DNA of 64,000 nucleotides, from assembly GCF_006345805.1 (NCBI RefSeq), contig NC_042997.1:26164001-26228000 (forward strand), written 5' to 3'. The translations under genes were made by a program, and so were the position numbers. Shown piece by piece: positions 53,607-64,000 of the stretch. Numbering within the stretch: position 1 is the first letter of the stretch; each line of letters begins with the position of its first letter. Under the pieces are notes generated by a model. It saw only the letters and a program-made list of their open reading frames with translations. It was not told the origin of the DNA and searched no databases. The DNA is from Octopus sinensis. Taxonomy: Eukaryota.

Positions 53607-53815
53607 AGTAGCTAGCAGAATCGTTAGCCCGACGGGAAAAAATCCTTTGTGGCATTTCTACTGTCTTAACATTCAGTGTTCAAATTCTGCGAAAGTCAAC
53701 TTTGCTTTTCATCCTTTCAGGCTACGATAAAATATGTACCAGTTGAGCATTGGGGGGTCGATTTAATCGACTTACCCCCCTCTCCCGAGTTTGCTGGTCT
53801 TATGACAAAATATGA
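53607..53815 (+). mobile_element. Diverged SINE C-related copy
   Basis: gctagcagaatcgttagc...gttcaaattctgc...ggggtcgatttaatcgact. Confidence 0.7.
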
Positions 53816-54023
53816 AAGTAATGTATCTTGTGTGCACAATTAGATGTACGACAACTATTGTATGAGTTAGAACTTCACATAGATTGCCATTATCCAACCA
53901 GCATCCCGTTCCACTGCTTGGAAGGCGTTGACCTGACAAAATCGTTAATTCGTCAGATAAAACGCCCAACGGTATTTCTTCCGGTTTTATGTTCTGAGTC
54001 CTTTATTTCTGGCTCTTTGAGTT

Positions 54024-54160
54024 CCAAATACAACTCATTTTTATCAGTTGAGTGGACTGGAGCAACGTGAAGTACAATGCCTTGTACACGACTTACCGCC
54101 AGGAATCGAACTAACAACATTACGATTGTGAGCGGTTACTCTAACCACTAAGTAAAGCGC
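54024..54160 (-). mobile_element. Diverged SINE B1 5' part
   Basis: The reverse complement has a tRNA-like head and ttcacgttgctccagtccactca, as in 3192-3515. Confidence 0.75.
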
Positions 54161-54616
54161 CTTTTAGAGAGAATATATACACTTCGAAATCTTACTTTAT
54201 GAGAGAGAAATATTTGTACCCACTATCTAAAGATTTGTGGTTATGATGTACGATGCTGTTTGATGCTGGTGCTCGGGTTACATATGTTGTAGTATATTCG
54301 AGACTGTTATTGCAGTTGTTTTACTTAAGATAAGCCCTAATCAAGCAGGCCTATACTCAAAAACTTAGCTGTTGGTCAGTAGCTATTACCATTCTGTAGT
54401 CAAGTATAATGTATGGTGAATTGCATTATAAAATGCCCTGGTCCCATGGTATCCATGAAACAGAATGCAACTCACTGAGCATCTGACAGATATATACAAC
54501 ACGTCAAATGAAAGCAACGAGGTTCTCGCGTTGCCTCGTTTCATATTCTCGCTGTTTTCAGATGTAATCATATTTACTGATTCACAAGACGAGTATTCCT
54601 CTCTTTCATTAAGTCA

Positions 54617-55478
54617 GCGAGCTGGCAGAATCATTAGCACGCCGGGGAAAATGCTTAGCGGTATGTTGTCTGCCGTTACGTACCGAGTTCAAATTCCGCC
54701 GAGGTCCACTTTGCCTTTCATCCTTTCGGATTCGATAAATTAAGTACCAGTTACGCACTTTGGTCGATATAATCGACTTAATCCCATTGTCTGTCCTTGC
54801 TTGTCCTCTCTGTGTTCAGCCACTTGTGGGTAGTAAAGAAATAGGTATTTCGTCTATCTTTATAGGGCGGCGAGCTGGCAGAAACGTTAGCACGGCGGGC
54901 GAAATGCTTATCAGCATTTCGTCTGCCGTTACGTTCTGAGTTAAAATTCCGCCGAGATCGACTTTGCTTTCATCCTTTCGGGTTCGATAAATTAAGTACC
55001 AGTTACGCACTGGTGTCGATATAATCGACTTAATCCGTTTGTCTGTCCTTGTTTGTCCCCTCTGTGTTTAGCCCCTTCTGGGTAGTAAAGAAATAGGTAT
55101 TTCGTCTGATGCTACGTTCTGAGTTCAAATTCCGCCGAGGTCGACTTTGCCTTTCATCCTTTCGGTATCGATCAAATAGGTACCAGTTACACACTGGGGT
55201 CGATGTAATCGTCTTAATCCCTTTGTCTCCCCTTCTTTGTCCCCTCTATGTTTAGTCCCTTGTGGGCAATAAAGAAATAAGAAACGTTAGCACGCTAGGC
55301 GAAATGTTTAGCGGTATTTCGTCTATCTTTACGTTCTGAGTTCAAATTTCACCGAGGTCGACTCTGCTTTTAATTCTTTCGTGGTCGATAAATTAAGTAT
55401 CAGTTGCAAACTGGAGTCGATCTAATCGACTGGCCCCTTACTCCAAAATTTCGGGCTTTGTACCTAGAGTAGAAAAGT
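54617..55478 (+). mobile_element. Head-to-tail or nested cluster of four SINE C units
   Basis: Units begin near 54617, 54864, 55097 and 55282; junctions fall at tail aaagaaata. Confidence 0.9.
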
Positions 55479-56764
55479 ATTCCTCTCCTTTACATTGCTG
55501 CAAGAATATGCTGTTGTGGGTAACCGATGTTCCTGCCCCTTATAGATGAAATTGCACTTTGTTTACAAATACGTAGAAATATTCTACACTTAGACACGTT
55601 AGCCTTGTCAAACAAAAACTACATTAACTATATTTACATCGAAAAGAGCTCAACACACGCACACACGCGCGTGTATATAGTTATATACATTGGAATTTCT
55701 GAAATTTCTTTAGCGTTTCAGTGAAATGTAAAACATTTATCGTTTACACTATTACAAATTTCATTTTCCATATTGTCAAAACGCTTTGAAATTTTGTGAG
55801 GAATATCTTGTTGAATGCATCTGTTCTCGTTCGATCACCGATGCAAAGCAATGTCGACTCTAGTAAGTACTTAGATGGGTGACTGCTTGGGAAACTTAGA
55901 TGTTGTATAGATCCGACTGTCAACATGGAGGAATTTCAACTGTGTTTCGTGGTCTGCAACCACAACAGCTCCTTTATAGGATTCAGTTAGCTCCATACAT
56001 CATCAGGAGGAACCACGTCCGGTTTCGGTCCCTACTCCTCTACCGATTTTGACGTGGCGGGGCCCCCACTTTCGGAGGTGTCTTCAGCTCTGGTGTTGGG
56101 TGCATATCTTCTTTCTTCTTCTTTCTTCTGTTCCTTGGCCTCTTCGATGTAGCATCGAGTGTCAGCGGGCGACTGACTGTCTTGTCAAATTTTTCCTATG
56201 TGTATGTGTGTGTGTGTGAGAGAGAGAGAGAAAGAGTGTGTGTGTGTGTGTGTGTGTGTGTGAGGACGGAAGTCATTGCTTCAGAATGGCGTCGATCTTC
56301 AGCTGCAATGAACAAATGCAACTCTTCCACAGAACGCACACAGCTACATTGGAATTGCACTGCACCTGATAAAGAATCAAAATCTGTTGTAAAATGAAAC
56401 CAACATAATATTATGTAGTTATATTTTATTCACTTTCACAATTATAACAAGGTTCTCTTTGCCTTTTTTTTTATCCAACCACGGATCCTTTGCATGGACC
56501 ATAATGAAGTGTTTTTACTGGCACTCCGTTCGCTGTCTTCCCCCTGCAGCGATAAGAAAAATACATTAATGATACATACATATATACATACAGACAGACA
56601 CACACACACACATACGTTGAAGAGCGCAGGGTTACATAATCGGGCAGTTACCAAACATTCCGTTGAACACCAAGTGCAAAACCGATTACTAAGATCGGCC
56701 GTAATGGATATATAATACTGTACACTTCGTTTAACATATGTATGTGCATTCATATATGCACGTA

Positions 56765-56819
<55 letters not shown>

Positions 56820-57285
56820 GCGAGAAAGAAGCAACAAGAATGGATAGGTTTTTAGTACAATCGTTTCATACAAGGACAGGCTTTATTAAAAGTTGCAAAA
56901 ATTGCAGCATATAAACGTGTCCCGTACTCAACAGCTAAAATACATGTGAGTTCTCTAGACATCTTAGTGGTTGAGGCTATACTCATGAAGTAATGTAGAT
57001 AATTAAGTAACATAAACAGATTTCCAAAGTTCATTAAAGTTCTTTAAAGATGATGTACAGTCTTATCACAGAATTTTAAAAAAGTTTTAATAGCATCACA
57101 GAGAAGGTGACTTAATCCATAGTGTACATATGAATTTCCAGAGATATGAGGAGGGATTACATACTCACAGACGACAAATTTATCCATTGTTAATCACAAC
57201 GAGGTGGGTCTCAATTCCTGTTTATTAGCATTACAGAGAGGGTGAATTAATCCTTTGTATAGATGCACAATTTCCAATGGTTTAG
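56820..57285 (+). repeat. About 465-bp inverted duplicate of 60550-61010 (5' part of the second PLE)
   Basis: Near-identical reverse complement, differing mostly by small indels. Confidence 0.9.
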
Positions 57286-58404
57286 ATGTAAATTTCCAGA
57301 GAAATGAAGAGGAATTTCATATTCACAGACGACAAATTATCAATGGTTGAACACAATGAGGTAGGTATCAATTCTTGCTATATGATTAGGTATTTGCCAC
57401 ATTATCACATTACTGCTATTTTCAAGAGACTGTAGCTATTTAACTTTTAAAGGCTGAAGGGCTTTCTAGAGAGGCAAGAACAGAAAGGGAAGGAAAGAGA
57501 GGAAAAGAGAGAAAATAAAGGAGGAGGGAGCAAAAAGGGGGGGGAGACTAAAAGAGAAGAAGAAAAGAAAAAAGAAAAAAAAGAAAAAAGAGAATAAGAA
57601 GAAGAAAAGAAAAAAAGAGAAAGAAAGAAAGAGGGAAAGAGGGAGAAAAGAAAAAAAAAAAAAGAGGTTCTAGTTATACAGAAGAATTAGTAGACGGCAG
57701 TCTGGTTTAATTTGCAGGCATCTAGGAACTAGAGGAGAATATTATTCCTTGACCAGTAACAGCTAATTTTTTGCTAACGTGACGCCGTTGACGCAGCTAT
57801 GAATTTAAAGAGAATCTAAAGAGATAACAAGGTCAGGGGTATAGGGGTCAAAGGCTAAAATCAAAAGAAAATACATTAGGAAAATCTAAGTATAATCTTA
57901 TCAAAAAGTCATTAAAATTTATTTATTTAATTTATTCATTTTACTGTCTTAAGGAGTTGCCGTTATTATTCATACATTGACGGACTACAGGTCAATCTTA
58001 GAAGATCATTTACAAGTGTTAGGGAATTGTCTATCATAATGAAGATAATCATACTATCATCGAGGGAGTAGCCTTATTTATTTAATTTAGAAATAGAATT
58101 ATGGGGCTTTAGTAACTCATTTTATTTTATTAAAGTTATGCTACTTAAATTAGATTAAGTTAAGAATTAAAAATTAAAAATTAAAATTAAGATTTAAAAT
58201 TGAGATTTAAAATTATGAATTTGAAATTAAATAAAGCCTCAATTAAGCAGCGTATAAGTACTATTCATTTCCCTGTTCTCAAAAAACTGATGCAGATATA
58301 AGGAAAAAGATAACTGTAGTGTGAGAACTCTTAGTTATTACTTAAAGCAGTGCTATACTAGTAAAAATCAAGTTATATCTATCTATCTATCTAGTTACGA
58401 ATAT

Positions 58405-61010
58405 TCTAATCATTTAAAATATTTTAAAGTCTTCAATTTAGCGTGGACACAAACTTGACCTAGTTCGATATGGTTATTCAATAAGTTTCTATGTTTTCTA
58501 TGCTTTAGAATTTCATACGTCTCCATGGAGCATAGTTGGCAACCAACCCTGCTATTTTTATACGGAATTGCTCTCTTAACTATTTCCCAATAAGGTTATA
58601 ATTATTGTTATTATTTTTGAGTTCCCAGATTTTGTTTGAAAGTGTGGTGGTACCAGCTTTATGACGTAATTTAAAAGACGAGATGTGATTTCTAACTCTG
58701 GCTAGAAAATTAATTGTACATCCAATGTAAAAATATTTGTTATTCTCCGTGGATATGGTACATTTATAGATTACGTTATTTTCCCCGCATAGACCAGTGC
58801 CGGGCATTTTGATTTTATTCTCACTTACACACAGGAGGAACAACTTCAGGTTTTGGATTATTCTTGGGTAGATGTCTTAGGTTCCTATTATTTTGATTAT
58901 CATGAGTATAATTGTCCTTATTGTTATTAATATTTCTATAGTTGGTGCTGATATCTAAAGTATTGCTATTATTTATTGATCCTTCTGTTTTATCTTTTAG
59001 GTCTAAAGTCCTACCATGATTTCTTATATTATTGGTAATGTTACTATTATTGTTAGTCTTTTTTATCCGACTGCATATTGTTGTTATAGATATCACTGAT
59101 ATTTTCATTCTCCTTATTTTCTCCATTAGCCTTATTTCTATTATTTCTATTATTAACATTATTACTTCTATTAATATCGGTATTGTTATTATTACTATTA
59201 ATGTTAATGTTATTAGTCATTCTGTGGTTACTAATTTCACCCATGTTTGATAGTTACTATTGCTGTTTTTATTGTTGGTAGTATTATTATAATTGCTATT
59301 GGTATTCATGCTGATATTATTATTTTTATTTCTATCTTTCCTGGCTAGTTTAATGTTGTTATTATTAATCTTACTATTAAAGTGGACATATTTGGGAGGG
59401 TTGAATAAGAAATCCTAACTGTTTTCCTAGAAATAATTCTATGATATCTATGAGAGATTGGGAATTTTTTTTCCAGAATTACTTTACTTTGAATTTGTTC
59501 TGTATATCCGATTGTATCGCACAGTTTGAAAGGAATATTCAGCCATATTATATCTTTTTATTAAATTTAGGGTTCGTAGAATTATTACTATTCATCTCAC
59601 CAGAGTTTTGTATTATTACCATTATTTTTATTTTATTTGTGTGCATCTTTGGTTTATCTACTTCGATATTATCCGAGTTACCTATGTTTTGGTCAATGCT
59701 TCTATTTGAATTGTTGGGCCTGTACGTTAGATTAGCGTTTACCGTTAATTTAATTCTACTTTTATTTCGGGCTTGGTCTGTATTACTGCTACCTCTTACT
59801 GATACTGATAACTTCTTTATTAGGAATACGTAAGTTCTCCTTATCAACGAATGTAATCTTTGGTTGTATCCAGCCTTAGTTAACGCCGCATTATAATGCT
59901 CAGATGGGAGTTAAATATATCCTTATTGGATGATAATTTTGAAATTCTTAATGAAATATTTCTTACTAAAGATTCAATTATATTTGGGGGATGATTTGAT
60001 AATTTATTTACGTAATTCGTGATTTTCGCCTTCCTTTCTAAATGGGTAATGTAGCTTGGAGTTAAGGTCTAGCGTAATATCTAGGAAGTTAACTATTTTA
60101 GTGCCAGGTTCATACGTTATGCTGAGGTTGAAATCCTTAAAGAACTTATTAATTTTTCTTTGTAATCATTTCTATAATAGATTTATTATTACTAGGGATA
60201 ACAAACAGAGCATCATCCCTATATAGACCCCCCTGTATTTCTGGGATATCCTTGCTTATGCATTTTAATAGATATGCGCTACTAGGTTGGTTACCTCAGC
60301 CGAATCACTGGAACCCATTGGTATAATCAATAATTAGGTGTATCTGCTCTAGTCCATAATTTATCTTCAAATTCTATAAATGTCTTCCTAGCTAGTAGCA
60401 CAATATTGATTTCTTCTCTAGATATGAGGGAGCGATTCATGGCAAATATTAGTGATTTGTTGAGCAAGATAGGGGAAATACTAGAGTAATAACTATTAAT
60501 ATCGAACTGAATAAAGGACAGACTACTAGTATTAGTTAGAGAGTTAAACCATCTACACCATTGGAAATTGTGCATCTATACAAAGGATTAATTCACCCTC
60601 TCTGTAATGCTAATAAACAGGAATTGAGACCCACCTCGTTGTGATTAACAATGGATAAATTTGTCGTCTGTGAGTATGTAATCCCTCCCTCATATCTCTG
60701 GAAATTCATATGTAAACTATGGATTAAGTCACCTTCTCTGTGATGCTATTAAAACTTTTTTAAAATTCTGTGATAAGACTGTACATCATCTTTAAAGAAC
60801 TTAATGAACTTTGGAATCTGTTTATGTTACTTTATCTACATTACTTATGAGTATAGCCTCAACCACTAAGATGTCTAGAGAACTCACATGTATTTTAGCT
60901 GTTGAACGGGACACGTTTATATGCTGCATTTTTGCAACTTTTAATAAAGCCTGTCCTTGTATGAAACGATTGTACTAAAAACCTATCCATTCTTGTGCTT
61001 CTTTCTCGCT
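58405..61010 (-). mobile_element. Decayed Penelope-like retroelement (RT and C-terminal GIY-YIG)
   Basis: FIQFDINSYYSSIS (RT motif A), MGSSDSAE, GGLYRDD, IVNFLDITLDL, IIWLNIPF, NVIYKCTIS...YIGCT, PYKNSRVGCQLC and NLLN...EL...CVH. Confidence 0.85.
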
Positions 61011-61158
61011 TATAATCACCCCACATTACTGTATTGTTAAAACCGTATAGTTTTTTGGTGCATCTAAGTTAGGTACCATATTCAAGTAAATTCATTTAAA
61101 TTGACTTGAATCTTTATTGCTTTTGGTATATTATATATATATATAATATGATATATAT

Positions 61159-61427
61159 AACAAATGAAAAGCAGATGGAATATATGAGCATATATTATTA
61201 ATCACAACAATTGTTTCGACACATCTAGCATCGACTCCTCTGTGTGGGAACACAAAAAATGGTTCAGGAGTATCCAGTGATGCAGACGTATCTCGTCGTA
61301 TGATAAATAAATAAAAACTCGTTAAAATAACTGTTCTATAATGCAACTTACCGTTGCTAGATATGTCGAAACAATTGTTGTGATTAATAGTATAGTTTCG
61401 TATGTTCCATCTTCTGTCTTTCATTTG

Positions 61428-61429
<2 letters not shown>
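61159..61429. mobile_element. Internally deleted copy of the 39585 foldback element
   Basis: aacaaatgaaaagcagatggaa ... ttccatcttctgtctttcatttgtt, within a TA tract. Confidence 0.8.
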
Positions 61430-61472
<43 letters not shown>

Positions 61473-61562
61473 TCATATTATTCATGCCATACATATACAA
61501 ACATACCTATACACACACACATATATAGATATATGTATACATGCATATCTATATACATATAT

Positions 61563-61596
<34 letters not shown>

Positions 61597-61757
61597 ATAT
61601 TATGTATATATTATATATATATATATATATAGATATATATAATATATATAATATTCATATATATTCATGCCATACATATACAAACATACCTATACACACA
61701 CATATATATAGATATATGTATACATATGCATATCTATATACATAATATATATAGTAT

Positions 61758-61788
<31 letters not shown>

Positions 61789-61817
61789 GTATGTATATAT
61801 ATATATATATATAAATC

Positions 61818-61867
<50 letters not shown>

Positions 61868-62974
61868 GTATGTATGCATGCATGTATGTATATTGTTAGA
61901 TATGTTCAAAAATTGTAAGAATTGCTCAAAGGAGCCAAGAGAAAACAATATATTTATTTCCTTGGCTCATTTGAGCACTTCTTACAGATTGAGAAGATAT
62001 GAAGAAACAATTTTTGGGTATATCTATCCAAAATATCCCAATACCACCGACGGATGGAAACTCCTTTTCATAAAACAACGGAATTCAATAATAGACTTAG
62101 ATGGAGTGTTTTCTATTTCTTATATCTCTTCTAAATAATATATTGATATATTTCTTGTCTTGGTGTATTTATTGTGTTATATGTATTTATTATGTTGATG
62201 TAAATCTTAACTATAGGAGGATTATCTAAATTTTGTCTTGTTTAAACCAAGTTATATAATATGTATATATGAGAGAGGGAGAGAGATTTTGTATCCATAT
62301 ATGTATAAGCACACACAGATACACACTCAAATTTACATTAATTTAAAATAAAGATTTATTTAACAAATAAGTAATCTCAAACGAGGTTTGTTCCTCAAGA
62401 AAAAAAAAATCCGAACTGGTGAAAATGATTTGTTTTTCAATCCGTTCTTAACTACGAAAACTAATTTGTAAAAGATCTTTATTTTGTTCAATACAGAAGA
62501 ATGCATTAGCTCCGCATCTTCTTTGGAGAAAATGTTTAACGTCAGATTCTCGATGAACTCCACCTGCACGTTTGTTGTTGATAGCATCATATGTATATAT
62601 TTGTATATGCATTTGCATGTAATTTGTGGGCTGCAGAAAAGAAAATGGCTGTTAGTAGTTAGTACAGAAATGGCAAAATCTGCCTTCGTAAGCTTTACTT
62701 ACAGGCAAACTGCTCTCTTTAGTTCGCAAAAGTTTAAATAAGTGACTCCATCAGTTCCACATATCTTAAATAAAATAAGTATCACACACACTGGGCATTT
62801 TTCTTGTTTAGATGGAGCTGCTGTATTCAGAACGGCTCCTGGTAATAGAAAAGAACTCATTTGTACATTTTAAATTATAAAAATAAATATAAAAATGCAA
62901 TACAAATATTTTGGCCTCTATCATAATATATACATGTTCCGCTATATTTTAAGGTATCTTGTTGAAGGTATATA

Positions 62975-63229
62975 TCTTTTATCTTTTACTTGTTTCATTC
63001 GTTAGACTGTGCCGATGCTGGAGCACCGCCATGGGTTTAGTCGAATGAATCAACCCCCAGTACTTAGTTTTTAAGGCTGGTAATTATTCTATCGGCCTCT
63101 TTTGCCGAACAGCCAAGTTATGGGAACATAAACATACCAAAACTGGTTGTCAATCGGCGGTGGAAGACAGATACAGACACAAAGATACACATATACAGAT
63201 ATATATATATTATATATATATATATAGTG

Positions 63230-63303
<74 letters not shown>

Positions 63304-63482
63304 TATATACATGACAGGTTTCTTTCAGTTTCCGTCTAACAAATCCACAAATCCACTCACAAGGCTTTGGTCGGCCCGAGGCTATAGGAGAAGACAAGTG
63401 CCCATGGATACCACGCACTGAGACTGAACCCTGGACCATATGGCCTGGAAGCAAGCTTCTTACCTCACAGCTATATCTGCCT
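62975..63482 (-). mobile_element. SINE family A
   Basis: 3' half at 62975-63170, microsatellite, then 5' half at 63312-63482. Confidence 0.85.
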
Positions 63483-64000
63483 ATTTTCATGGCAGGTGAA
63501 TGAAATTGCGCGGCATCCTTTCTTTTCTTAAAAATATCAAGGTTGTATGAAGATGAAAATGAAGTAGCTTCTGGTGAAATTCGAAAAAGTAACACATATA
63601 TAAGCAACACAGACCATGAAATATTGAAGAGAATGTATATGTAATAAAACTTATTGATGTATATTATGATAAAGAAACTGATGGGAATTCATTCGATTGT
63701 ACTCCACTTTCCGTCGACCCATTGTGTATGAGTTCTAATATCGTTATATTAGAACCTTTGCATAGTGGATCAATTAGAGAATTCACTCATTCATTCTTCC
63801 TCAGAAATTCATGCTCAACCAATCAACCTTTCAATAATAAAACAACAAAATAAAACAGTCATATTTAGTTGTGTCACAAAAATCAACTAACAAAGAAAAT
63901 ATTGTTTATATCTAAAGACAATGCAATTAAACAATATTTAATGCATTTAGTAAGTAAAGTATTCATTTGCCAAGAAGGCTGAGGGTGTCTTGGCATCACT

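Noticed and set aside
54558-54612. Exon DVIIFTDSQDEYSSL after a good acceptor
   Set aside because: No convincing donor site, and the motif is too short to assign (RNase H-like or chance).
56010-56175. Lys/Arg/Pro-rich minus-strand peptide as a retroelement ORF1 fragment; gaaaccgg as a hammerhead
   Set aside because: Too short to assign, and no UH triplet or CUGANGA box lies at the right spacing.

Overview
AT-rich, repeat-saturated animal DNA, most likely an octopus. This rests on the tRNA-derived SINE families and extreme microsatellite load, and is inference rather than a database result. I found no convincing host protein-coding gene; almost all ORFs in the track are microsatellite read-throughs. 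The window holds about 20 SINE copies from three families and four non-autonomous Helitrons. It also has decayed Tc1, mariner and maT (DD37D) transposons, several MITEs, two copies of a Tx1/L1-clade LINE joined to (GATA)n, an element embedded in (TAA)n, and three Penelope-like elements (PLEs) with a C-terminal GIY-YIG domain. The most interesting signal is a set of minimal type I hammerhead-ribozyme folds. One lies at the 3' end of a PLE and others lie in 130-200 bp non-coding elements sitting in (TA)n tracts. They have a palindromic helix III and variant cores: a compensatory U3:A8 pair in one and a recurrent CCGANGA in three. Together these suggest a retrozyme-like family of ribozyme-bearing mini-elements mobilised by PLEs. 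Single-base homopolymer deletions suggest some apparent frameshifts are long-read assembly errors.
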